From Atractiella rhizophila (Eukaryota), in the NCBI GenBank assembly GCA_021432655.1, contig MU271267.1:62001-112534 (forward strand): a stretch of 50,534 nt of DNA, in the 5' to 3' direction. Both the position numbers and the translations under genes were made by a program. The notes under the pieces were generated by a model that was given only the letters and a program-made list of their open reading frames with translations, made no database searches and was not told where the DNA came from. This document shows, in pieces, positions 22,421 through 34,878 of the stretch. The stretch's first letter is position 1. Every line of letters starts with the position of its first letter.

Positions 22421-25110
22421 CGCCGTCCATGATCGAGAACTTCCAAACGGTGGAATTTGAGTGAGCACTTTTTAGCGGCACTCCTTCCTCTGCTTTCCTT
22501 GGTTCCAACTTAGGTCCACCATTCGCCCCCCCAATGCGCTTCGTCGACCCTCCGAACCGCAACGTGTTCCCCTCGAGGCATTCCCTTCGCCCCTCACAAC
22601 CCATGGCTCCTCTTCATCCCTCCCACCTCCGGCACGGGATCCCAAACCACTCCTCCCCGCGCAAGTACAAACCACTCTCCTGGTCCTCGCCAAGCCACCA
22701 TCTCTCTCCATACTGCACTCAAATTTCACCTCCACCCATCCAGCTTCTCCGTCATGTCCCCTGTCGCCGTCTCCTTCGCTTTCCCTTTCTTTGACGTACC
22801 ACCACCCGAGATACCGCAAGGGCCTTTAAGGCCCCTTTGGAATATCGGCTCGCGTCGCACAAGAGCAAATGCGTATCCTCCCCGTCGTTCCGCTCCTTCC
22901 TCCTTCGCTTTATTCAATATTCATTAGATAAACCGGCTAGAGCAGTCCGTAGAAAGCTTGAGGATGCCGCAGAGGGAAGAGAAGGAACGATGAGGAGGGA
23001 GATGGGTTGATCGAAGCGGGTTCGTGTCACCAGGTAGAGGATCTGTTTCAAGCTATGTGCATGTCCTGAGAAGGGGAAGGTGAGGATTGGAGCAAGGGCA
23101 GTGATGGAGAGGAGTGGAAACATCCCACCACGTACCGTTCTCTGCTCGTTCGCCTGCAGGCATCACATAACAGTCCGGCTGGGTTCTCCGGAGGACATTG
23201 GCATCGACGACCTCCCGCTGCTCAACCATCCTGTCCGCCCCAAATCCCGTCCCTCCCTATCTGCTGGCTCCCCCTTCTACTTCGACAAAGTAGCGAGGAA
23301 TGCGTCGAGCGTCCATCTTTCCGCTTCGACAATCATCTCTCCGGCTGCCCTCGCGTGCTGGCAGGAACAACGTGGGATATTCGGTGAGGGGCACGCTTCC
23401 TCACTTCCTCATGTCTTTGTTCGGTGCGAGTGGTCCGGATGCAGCACGGAGAGAAGAATGGATGGAATGTGGGAGTACATGTGGAGACGGAGGACTGATG
23501 TCGGAGAAGGGGAAGTAGGGGAGGATGAAGAAGGGTTGAAGAATGGTCCCGAGGAGGGAAGGAGTCGAGATGATGGGTGGTGCGGGAGAGAGTCGGTGCA
23601 GCATCGTGCTGAACGAGAGCTTCTAGCGGGGGTGAAGCGATGCCATAACATTGAGCGGAAAGCCTGTGAAGGATGGGGATGGAAGCGAATGGTTATGCAA
23701 ATCGACCATGGGGTGCGTCGTCCTCACTTTGATGCTATGTTGTGTTCACCACGCTGATTCTTCGCTATGCGATGGTGCAGGATGGTTGACTCTGTCGCGT
23801 ATTCGAAAGGGAACGACTCACACCTTCTGTCAGCATTGCCGGCAGCCAGAGGATAATCATCTATGTGGCTAAGGCGATAGCATCAAACGACGACATCATA
23901 GTTTGTGCCACTTCCTTTCCTAACGGAAGAGGAAAATGACAACGTGGTTGCATTCAGCCGCTCAATGAACTGACCATCCGAAGGCGATTCGAACCGTTTC
24001 CCTGCAAGATTCAAGCATTACTCTCATATCAGGTCTTGTTGTGGGGAAGAAGATGATTTTGAAGGCACCTCGATCGAATGACATCCATCCTCCTCTCTTT
24101 AAATCAGCGACAGCCCTGTGAGACGTGGCAATAGTAATGCTTCACAACGCTTTACTGCCTTCTTGCTCGCTGCCTTAAGAGATGGAAGAGGGAAGAGGAA
24201 GGGGAATTTCCGTCATGGCTCGTGATGCAGAGGCTTACTTCTACCCCAAAATGACTACAGGCCTCTGAACTCCCTCATCCGTCCTCTTTGCCCTCAGCGA
24301 GTAGACCGTCTATCCGCAAGGGAACGTCGACAGCGAACAATTTATTCAACTGGTCTTTACAACGCCGGAAACGAAGGAGCATCGAGCCATGATTTAAGGC
24401 TGTGGTTATGGATGCCTGCCTTTCAAACAGAACAAGCAATATTTTGATTCCAACTTGTGTAGCAGTAACATCCTTCGTCCGATCGCCACATACTCCGCTT
24501 GCGAGCGAGCGGGTTGGTGGCCATATTTTGGAGCAAAAATTGAGCTGACAGCTATGAGAAGGCTGCGTCAGATGGAAAGTCAAGAGTGAGATTGTGCGCA
24601 CTTATGAATACTTACCTCTGCATACACTCCATCGCCACATAGTTCAACTCTCGCTTCAGTCGAAACCAACCTCTTCTGTACCTCTTGCAGCCTCACGTCT
24701 ACTATCCAACTTACTTTGACAAGGGAATGGTGGTTGTTCCTTTGATCTGAAGCTCTTGAACCTCTCTTCCGATTTGTCTCTTCCACCATGTGTCAGCTAT
24801 TAGTATACATGTGAGGACATCGAAGATCTGGGGAGTAGGTTCGCTATAAGGTGTGTTTAATCCATGAGTCAGCTATCATGGACTAGATATCGGCGCATAA
24901 CTTCCAAAAGAAGCCATGAACAATCTGTACGGTATGATAGCAGAAACGGCAAAAAAGCTTCTAAAAAATAAGAAAAGGTTGAAGAAATAGATGAACCGAA
25001 GTGCTAAAGTGGGAGGGAGAGGGAAGACAAACCTTCAGTGATACCTTCAGTGATAACCCCTCTGCGAGCTGTCGTAACTATTCCAACTTTGCCAATGCGG
25101 AACGGTTATT

Positions 25111-25725
25111 CTAACATCCATCCCCCACCCCTCCATCTTCCCTCTCTATCCTCCTCAACTGTTCCAACTCCTCCCGACTCAAAAAACTATCTTCCTCCTT
25201 TCTCCCCCTCCTGAAACTCTTCCTCAACGCCTCGTCATCCGCCTTCTCGTCGTACATCTCCGACGTAGAGGAGTGACTCCCCCATTTGTACCGCTGAGAG
25301 TTGGGCGGAGTGCTTTGCGAGAGAGTACTATTTGGAGGGTGGGAGAAAGTGATGGTGTCGTAGTCTTCGACGAAAGTGTGGAAGAGCTCTTTGGATTTTG
25401 GAAGTGTCTCGGGGTTGATGAACCGTTCTTCGACTAGCCAAAGCCTGAATTTTGCTTCCTTCTCGAATATATCTGTTCCACCCTTAATGTCCATCAATTC
25501 TCATCCCCCAACATTGACGGTCCAGAAGAAGAAGGTAGGCAGGGACGGAGGAGGACGAGAGAAATAACCCCATACTTTCCCCACTCCACTCCCCCACCCC
25601 CTCCTTCCTTCTTCCTCCTCTTCTCCTCCTTCCGAACCTTCTTCCCTCTTCTCTCTTTCCTCGCCGCGCGCTCCATAGAAGTTTCGACACGTCGTTTTTC
25701 CTTCTTCTCTTTCTTTAGTCGACAA
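25111..25725 (-). pseudogene. Degenerate copy of a small conserved lysine-rich eukaryotic protein (WGKYG..D..K..F..WL.E...NPE.L...F..FVEDY family, function unknown)
   Basis: KKVRKEEKRRKKEGGGGGVEWGKYGVIS, then a probable intron ending AACAG, then DIFEKEAKFRLWLVEERFINPETLPKSKELFHTFVEDYDTITFSH...SFLSREELEQLRRIERE. Frameshifts are present. Confidence 0.55.
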
Positions 25726-26009
25726 TGTGAGGTGGAAGAGGGAGAGGAAGAGCGTGAGCGCCTTGCTGCCCGTTCACGTTTGGTTCAATATGAGGATACA
25801 TTAAACAGAGGTAAGGAAAGACAGACCTGGCGATCGGGAACGTTTCCTCTTCCTGTCTCTGTCTCTAGAAGGGAGCGGGATACCCCCTCCGCCTCCGGCC
25901 TTCTCTGGAACAAGAACAAGAGCGTCTTCTTCCCTCTCGCTCCCTGTGGCTGTGATGTTCACGCGACCCTAATACGCATGAACCACCGTTCTCAATCGGT
26001 ATGGAATAA

Positions 26010-26820
26010 CGTACGCTCCTTTCTGCTCTCTCTATCCCTCTCACGCTCTACGCTACGGCTCCTGCTCCTTCTGTCTCTGCCCTCACGGTCACGGTCATCC
26101 TTTTTCCGCTCTCCCCGATCTCTGTCCCTGTCTCTGCCATGGTAAGATGTCCCAGGACTGGGATCTCTTCCCATTTCGCTCAGGTCAAAACTGCCCAAGT
26201 TGTTTGTGGACGGAGTTGCGGACACAACGATGTGTTTTGTTTGTTTTGTTGAGCAACATATCAATTTACCTGTGTCGTAGCTCCTGGAGCTCCATCCATT
26301 CAGGCCTGATCAGGGCGAACATTTCATTTGAACATTCTTCCGAACACTCGTACATCGATGGATCAACTCCCTCTACCTTCCTTTGTCCTCCACCAGCCCA
26401 CTTACCTGGACGTACGCTGCAGGTCCATTCTGCTCTCTCTGTCCTTCTCACACTCTACGCTACGGCTCCTGCTCCTCCTATCTCTGCCCTCACGGTCACG
26501 GTAATCCCTTCTCCGCTCTCCTCGATATCCGTCCCTGTCCCTGTCTCTAGCATGATAAGACGTTCCGGGGCTCGGGTCTCTTCCCATTTCTCTCAGGTTG
26601 AAACTGGCTAATGGTGGTTTGTGGACGGAGTTGCGGATGCGAAGATGTGGAGCAAAAGGTCAATCAACAAGCAATTTTGAGCAATTCCCGTTTGTCGCAG
26701 CTTCTGGAGCTCCCTCCATTCAGGGCTGATCAGGTGCAACATTTCATCTCAACGCTCGTACATCGATGGATCAGCTCCCTCTTCCTCCTTTGTCCTCCGC
26801 CAGCCCACTTGCCAACAGCG
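26010..26820 (-). repeat. Tandem duplication (two ~420-bp units) of a coding fragment with an RS/RD-rich tail
   Basis: Both units read GKWAGGGQR...(D)PSMYE...EM..LI.PEW.ELQ.LR...SATPSTN...MGRDPSPGTSYH.RDRDRD...DREGRDRRSRSRSVE. Confidence 0.8.
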
Positions 26821-27388
26821 CTTACTCCATCTGCAGCGGAATGAGAGCAACTTCAATCACCATTTCTGTTCCTCCTCAGAACAATTTGTGAAATAGCTCG
26901 CCTTTGTGTGTGGGAAGTCGGTAGTATTGAACCACGAGATCTAGGCATGGACGTGCCCTCTTTCTTACTTTCCACCCATTAAACAACTCGACCAAATCCA
27001 GGTCGCTTTGCACTGCTTCTTTCATTAATCACATAAGGTCAATTCTCCATGCCCAACACGAACTAGACGGTCGTCCTGCTGAAGTCCGAGTTCTCTCCCA
27101 CATAAAAGCAGCCAAGCCCTTCTATCACCCAGCTACGAAACCATACATCGGTCTTGACTTTCGCCTTGGTTCTCCTGCTAATAGGCGTCTCGGTGGTCTC
27201 ACAGCTGGACCTCGGTTCATCTTCTTCAAGCTTTGTCACAGTTTAGATCTCACCAAACATGAGAAGGGTCAGGAGGAGGTTGGAGCCTGCTGATGAGGCG
27301 ACTCAGGCATGATTCATCGTCACCTTCAGGCTTTCTTCTTCTCAGTTAAATTGTGCCATGGCTCTAGTCTGCTGTCTTTTCTCAAAAC

Positions 27389-28507
27389 ATGCTGGAGCAT
27401 CAGTCATCTGGGTCACGCAAGAACTCTCAAGAACCAGGCTCGAGGGCACTTGTCTATGTCATCCGCCTAGTAGGCGCTCCACTTTCGATACACCTCTCCA
27501 TTCTCCCCTCTTTCTTGTCTCGCCTACCTCCGTCAATTCACATGGTCCAGATTTCGTTCGCATTATCGCGATCGTTTGGGATGTGGGACCTTGTAGAGAT
27601 GTCATCAAAATTGTCTTATTTATCACTTGAACGGGTCAAAAATGCGATCGACAAGGATGGTGCAATCAATCTTCACATTACCATCAACCGCAAAAATGTC
27701 TCAGTGACCTTTTTGGAAGTTGAAGGGCATGGGTCAACTGTCGAAAGAAATCTCAAATCAGAGGTCGACCGGCTTGCTTCATATAACAATCCATATACTC
27801 GCACATTTCCTTTCTTTCGCGAGAATGTCATCTTCACCCCCGTAGCCATATACAGCGAACACAAAAGATACTTCATTCCCATCAGAGACAACGAATCATC
27901 ATGCCTGCCATCCCTCAGCAAAGCTATCATCATCCGACTCTCTCTCCCAGATGTTCGTCCAAGCTCCATCTCATGCTTGCCTGTTGAGCTCCTCTCTCTC
28001 ATACTCCAATTTTTCTCCGAAGACACTTCCACTATAGCTAAGGTTTGCCAGCTCTGGAGGGAAGTTTCAGTTCCTTATTGGGGCGAACATGTTTCTTTGG
28101 TGCAAAAGTACAAGCGGTTGAAACGCTATCCTGGTGCTGGACGACTGTGGAACAAACTGGCGTTTAACAAAAGCATGGATGTCGGGATGTCGAAAAAGCT
28201 CATAGCAGGCTCACCGAATGTCACAGAAGTGGAGGTTGGCGCATTTTGGAATGAAGAGGAGGCGAAGATTGTGTTGAATGCAATCGAAGGCTTGAAACGG
28301 GTGTATGACGTCACGCTTACACGATGGGGTCCGAGAAAGTGGAAGAAGAAGGAGATCGAGAACTTTGTGCGGAGGATGGGTGACAGGATCACAGAGTTCG
28401 CAACTCGAGAACTCATTGCAACTTTTTGTCGATCTTGGTCAAAATTTCGATCCTGTCAGGATGGGAATGAAAATAGGATGGGCAAGGATGAGGGTGGCGC
28501 CTGCTGA
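27389..28507 (+). pseudogene. F-box/LRR copy D, 3'-truncated (372-aa ORF with a non-homologous tail)
   Basis: Homologous through NFVRRMGDRIT (~28392), then reads into the upstream block of copy E. Confidence 0.85.
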
Positions 28508-28602
28508 TGATTCGACCTACGCGTGATTTCATCTCCACCTTTGATATTCTTTTTCTTCCTAACATGGGTCATGGGTCCCAGTCTGCTATCTCTTCTCAAA
28601 TG

Positions 28603-30260
28603 ATGATGGAACGGCAAACATCTAGCGCACGCCAGGGCTCTCGGGCACCAGACTCAACGGCACTTATCCATGTCATCACCCCAGGCTACAGGTCGTCGAT
28701 CCACGTGTCCATTCTTCCCTCTTTTCTATCCCGCCTACCTCTGTCAATTCACACGCTCCAGGTTTCGTGTACCTTACCTCGTCCATTCAACGAGCACTGG
28801 AAGCCTGGACAGGTGTCCTCAAAATTGTCTTATTGTCACTTGAACGGGTTGAAAATGCCGTCGACAAGGATGGTGTAATCAACCTTCACATTACCGTCAA
28901 CCATGAAAATGCCACCGTAACCTTTTTGGAGGTCGAAGGGCATGCGCCGACTGTCGAAGAAGATGCCGAATCAGATGTCGACTCGCTTGCATCAGATGGC
29001 GATCCATATACTCACACATTTCATTTCTTTCGCGAGAATGCCATATTCGCCCCCATTGCCTCGTACTCCGAAGATGAAGAGCGCTTCGTCCCAATCGGTG
29101 AGGACGAATCGTCATCCCTCGAATCCCTGTCGATAGGTAGCATCATCCAACTCTCTGTCCCGCCTCTAGATGTTATTCCAAGCACCATCTCAGACTTGCC
29201 CATCGAGCTCCTCTGTCTCATATTTAGTTTCTCCGACGATGCTTCCACTGTTTCTGACGTTTGCAAGCTCTGGAGGGATGTTTCAGCTCCTTACTGGGGC
29301 GAACTTGATTCTGTGGCGGGAAAATACTCCCGGTTGAAATGCTATCCTCGCGCTGGACGGCTGTGGAACAAACTGAGGTTTGATAAAAGCATGGATGTTG
29401 GGATGGTGAAGGAGGTCATTGCAGGCTCGCCGAATGTCAAGAAGGTGTGAATGCATCCATTTTGGAATGAAGAGGAGGCGAAGATTGTGTTGAATGCAAT
29501 CCCAGGCTTGAAACGGATGGATGACGTCACGTTTGCACGGTGGGGTTCGAGAAAGTGGAGGAAGGAGGAGATCGAGAACTTCATGCGGAGGATGGGTGAC
29601 AGGATCAGATGGCTCGAGGTTTACGATGTGGAAGAATTCGCCCCTTCAGCCTCAGAGGGCCTCCACTTATCCTGTGACCTCGAATACCTATTCCTTTGCA
29701 AGTACCCACCTCTGCCATCGCTCTCTGAGTCCCTCCCACGCACCCTCAAGTACCTCAAACTCTCCAATATGTGTCCACTCCCTCCCTCCATCTCAGACTA
29801 CCCTCTGCCGCCTCTTCTCTATGGCCTCACAGTCGAGCTCGCCCCCTTCTCTGCCGATGAAAAGACCTCCATCCTACCTACTCCGCTCGACTTATCGCAC
29901 CTCACACACCTCAGCGAGCTGGTCCTCGATGGGGGCGAAGAAACGTCAAACCTTGTTTCCCGCAAGTTCTTCAGCCCCCTCAAAAACGCAACGCAGATAA
30001 GTGAGATAACACTCTGGTACTGTGTGGTGTACTCGTTCGACTTCCCAGACTTCATCCGCTGGTTCTTTGGAGATTGGCGGGTGAGGGGAGGTGAGAAGGG
30101 GAATTTGGTTGATGGAAAGGTCATAGGGTCGCATCTTGAGGTTCGTTTATTCTTTGGAGAGTGGAGCGAGGAGGAGATCGTGATGGCGAGGAGTACGATG
30201 GCAAAGTACACAAGAAGCAAGAAGTCAGGTATTTGGGAGCCTGGGGAGGGGGAGAAATGA
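28603..30260 (+). pseudogene. F-box/LRR copy E (1-bp deletion near 28835; in-frame TGA at 29448-29450)
   Basis: Three consecutive ORFs (28507-28878, 28767-29450, 29451-30260) assemble into a full-length paralog. Confidence 0.9.
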
Positions 30261-31054
30261 TGTGGAAGGCACAGTCTGATTCAGGCTCCACCTCTGGAGC
30301 TACTGGATCAGACGCTGGACTCTCACATCGCTCTAGGCGGCCCATGATTGATGGAGGTGGCCGTGAACATGAAAGAGTTCGCGAGGGGGACTTGTGCACT
30401 CGTTTCGCTAGCCAGGCAAATGCCTAGATTACAATTGGGAAGATACCACTAAGGCAGCCCGACGTTCAAACTATTGTTAACTAACTCGTTGAAAAAATGT
30501 ACAATAAACGTCTTTTGCTGAGAGGAAGTCCCTTGGACTGTGAATAACACGATCGACAGGAGAAAGCCAAGAAGTGGCCTCTCATAAGTCCAGTCAAGTC
30601 CAAAGCTGGCCATTTAGCGCCGCCTTCAGCGCATTGGAGATGAACTCATTCACACTCAGCTCGGAACTTCGAATTCAAACCCTCCTCCGGTGACTTCCTC
30701 AACACATCCCTCCCAACCCCCAACACCTTCGGCACATTCATCACCTCTTCCACCCCATTTTTTCTTCCCCTCGCCTCCATCCACGCCGCTAGGGCCGAAT
30801 GGTTGAGGGGCAGGATATATCGCAATACCCCAATCCGCCACCGCTTTTGAGCTTCTCTTTCTTTTTGACGTAACAGGTGCTTTGTGAGAATTCAAGGTCT
30901 GCTTCTGCAAGCCTGAATGGAACGATTGTTGATAAAGCTGCTTGACTAGGAGATGCAAAAGAGTAGGGGATGCTGGATGCCTTTGGAGAGGATGAAGGGG
31001 AGAATCGGAGAGAAGGGATGGTCCACAGCAGTGGCTGCTCTATTTCGTCTGCAT

Positions 31055-31620
31055 CTGTAGACAATTATCAATCCAACCTTCTGAATGGTAGAACATAAAA
31101 TACCATCGTAAAGAAAGAAAGGAGGCCGGCTTACCTCGATTGGTGCCTCTCTGTGCCAGACACTGCACCACAGTAGTCTTTCCGATTCTAGGTTCCCATG
31201 ACAGCAGATTATTCATTTCACTCCTACACAAAATCTCCTAAATCTCATGACCCCTTCTAAGGGCTTCATCCAGCTTTACCTCCACCGCAAGCGCCGCATT
31301 CTCATGGACAGCATCGAACCCATCGTCCGCCGTCTTCTTCCACCTTTCGACACCTTCTCTGCCGCCTCTGGCCTCTAGCCATACGTGGATATAATGCAGT
31401 GCTCTGTGTTGTCGCTGACTTGCTTGAGAGAAAGGCGGGGCGTGTGGAGGGGAATGGCGACAGAAGACGTCGTTAAGGCGTACAATATGGGGAAGGAGCT
31501 CGAAGGAGAGAAATAGGGTAGCCGGAGGAAGATCGAGGGGGACGAATGAAGCGGCTAACGGGAATGCGGCATCGATTACGTCACTCAGGCTCAGCTTGAA
31601 AGGAGTGCTAAAAGATGGTA
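31055..31620 (-). pseudogene. HSP104: Hsp104 5' fragment, copy 3, with intron
   Basis: KKTADDGFDAVHENAALAVEVKLDEALRRGHEI*EILCRSEMNNLLSWEPRIGKTTVVQCLAQRGTNR, then intron 31134-31055 (GTAAGC..CTACAG), then D. Confidence 0.75.
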
Positions 31621-34600
31621 ATTCGGGTATGGTCTGCTCTTTTAACAGCACTCCTTTCTCATCAATTCATCTTTCGTGACGCTTTGTCCGGCTTGGTTCA
31701 CCATCTGCTCCACACAACGCATCCAGGATTGTCTCAACGGCAACATGTTCCAAGCCCTCCACAACCATTCCGCCTCCTCCACTTCCATAACCCAAAGCGG
31801 CCCTTCATCCCTTCCCTCCCGTACTTCCCAATCTAAAACCACTCTCCCCACACAAGTACGACTACTCTCGCCTCTTCATTTGGCCACCGATATCTGCCTC
31901 AAATTTCATCTCGCTTCCCGCCCTCTCCATCTTCGTCGTCGCCTTCACATTCGCTTTGACGTACCATCACCACCAGACGTAGCGCATACGCACCTAACGC
32001 GTGTTGGAAACAGACTCACTCGTACCGCACAAGAACGAGTACCGTATCTCTCTCTCACCTCCGTTCCGTCTCCATCCTCCTTAATTTTATCCAACCCAGA
32101 CAGAGCAGAGCAGCCAGAGTAGCCCCACAGGCAGGTCGGTTCAGAGGATGCCGCAGAGGGAGGACGGGGAGGAGAGGAAGGGAGATGGATTGGTCGAGGT
32201 TGGGGGGAGAGGATTTGTTTTAAGCAGTATGCATATGCTGAGGACGAGAAGCGTGAGCGAGGTAGGGGTGAGGAGCGGTGGGGAGGAGTGGAAAACAAAT
32301 CACCACTTACCGTCTGCGCTTTCGCCTGCATGAATGGCTAGCCAATCACCCGGTTCCCTGCAGGAGTGGGCATGGATGACTCCATCTTCTCAACCATCCT
32401 GTCTCTCCCAAATCGTGCCCCTCACCTCTGCTCCCTCCCCTCCTTCCGCTTTGACAACGCGTCCAGTGAGGTATCTTTTGCCTTCGTCATTCACCTCTCC
32501 GACCGCTCCTTGCCGGCTCGCTGGAACAAGGTGGGAATAGTCGAGGAAAGGGCACACCTCCTCATTCCCCAGTGTCTTGGAGTGATGATGCGCAAGATTC
32601 CGGAATTGAAGAGGAGGAAGGCGATTGATGGAAAGCCGGAGAGGAGGTAGAGATGGAGATCTGATGGCGAAGGAATAGCTGGACGAGAGGATTCGAAAGA
32701 TTGCGGAGGTCTCGAGGAGGAAATGGTTTTGAGTTGGGAGGCAGCATAGGAGAGAAAGAGCTGGTACAGCGTCGGTGATACTTTTTTCGGAACGAGGACT
32801 GTTAGCGGGAGTGAGGTGACGAGACAAGGATTGAGTGCTCACTGGTTGCCGAGTAACGATGGGAGATGGAGCTTGGAGGTTATCCTTGACGTTGTTGTCC
32901 GTCTTTCTTACTTTACACTCTTTGCTCTCCACAACGCTGGAGCAGGAAGGAGATGTGCGACAATGTCAAAGCTCTGCGACCTTACCCAAAGTGGGACGAC
33001 TCGCAGGAGCTGTGCTCAATGCCTACCGAATATTCACATCCATGGTGAGGCGAGAGTGTCGAGAGATGAAGCCATGGTTTGTACAGCCTTGCATTCCCAA
33101 GACAAGCTGAGATTGAATGGCAGCTAGCCTCAGACTCATGACAACCGACCATCCCAAGAGAATTTGACAGATAGCACGCCTGATGCTCCTTGTTGCCCTC
33201 CTCAAAAATTACTCGCAAATCAACGCATATCAAACCACGAACGCCATCAGAACGCAGGACTCTGCCACAGTGGTCGTCATCACCATCGCCATGGGAGGCG
33301 TAGAACGCTTCCCTTCTCCATCGCCAACTCCCTTTCGTCGTCCAGTTTGTCGCAGCGCACCTTTCGCAGAATGTTGTCTTCTTGCCCAGGTATGCATTAC
33401 TTTCGCGCTGCTACTAGATGGATTCGGAAACTGACGTTGCATGTATTAAGAACAGCTTTCGATGACGGTCCCTCCTTCCTGCTGCCTCTCCATCCAACGC
33501 CATCAATTCCAAGTACCAACTACAAACAAAATGTCGCTCCAACCACAATTCCCACACGCCGTTTGCCATCCATTCGCTCACCCTAGGGCACGATAGGTCC
33601 TGAGCCGAAGAAGCAGTCTCTCCAATCGAGCGATCTGTCGGGTCTCCCTTCTCATACATCATGGGGCGCCTTCAAATTTACTCTAGCACTCCAACCTCCA
33701 GACAGTTTGTAGGAACGGACAGGCATGAGGCAGTTACGAATGCAGGAACAGGGTATCAACATTCGGAACTTATTTCAGGATTCAATGACTAAAGAGTTCG
33801 TTCTCCTTCGTCTCTTCCAAGATTTCCAGGGTATCAGCTGACCGTTCCTTACTCCCAGTCCTCAGAGTGAGAAACATATTTCCATTCGCACGACTACATT
33901 GACTTGATGCGAGGACGACGACGAGTTTGAAGCCACCTCGATTGAACGATGTCCTTCCTCCCCTTCAACGCACGATCGCACTGTGAAATGGCAACAACAA
34001 GAATTCCTCCTTTACAGTCTTCTTGCTCACGGGCTTCCGGGTGCGAAGCAGGAAAGGGAATGAGGAGAATCTCGGTCTCTGCATGTAAGGCAAACGAGTT
34101 CAGAGCTGAATGAGGGAGAATGATGGAGGAGAGGAAGACGCAAGTGATGGAGGAATAGTACAGTTAGTAACGAGTGTAGAGTGGTTGATAGGGGAGCTGA
34201 AGGAGTAGAAAGGGAAGAGTGAAACAGGTGCATTTTGCTGGTTGTCATTTGTGAGTCATTCACGCTTCTCTCAAAATCAAAACCCGACTCTGACAGTCTG
34301 CCCTCCATTTAAGGCCTTCCTCAGCTCCATCGAACAACTCCGAGTCTCTCTTGTTGTCTTCCACGAGCGGACCATCTATCCCGAGCTCTAGGAACCATGG
34401 TAGCTGTCATCGTTATAGTCTGTGCGACCTCGAACAAATTGAACCAACTCAAAGGTCTTTGCAATGTAGGAAAGGGATGGAGGATTATCAAACCGTGATG
34501 TTCACGATTGCAGGTACGGACGTTCCAAAACCCGTTCCCCACATTCTCTGCTTAATTCACCTCATTCATTTACGCAAGTCTTTGTAGTCCAATTTCTCCA

Positions 34601-34878
34601 TGTCAATAAAGCACGTCATAATCCGACAATGAAACGATCCATCGATCTCTCCATTGTCCTTGATTCTCCCAAGAACTGTTTATCCAGGTAGTCTCACCGC
34701 TCACACTTTGGGACCTCGGTTCAACTTTTTCCTCAATCTTCATCATAGTTTCAACCGAATCGAGGAGGACGGCGTCTGATGACGCGGAAATTCAGGCAGG
34801 ATTCCATCTCCACCTTTGGCTTTCAGCGTCTCATCTGACCTGCTTTATGGGAACTAGGATGTTCTATTTGTGCAAAAG

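Noticed and set aside
31040..31651. Functional P-loop ATPase gene
   Set aside because: The Walker A is corrupted (WEPRIGKTT), stops and indels are present, and the rest of the AAA+ domain is absent; it is a pseudogene fragment.
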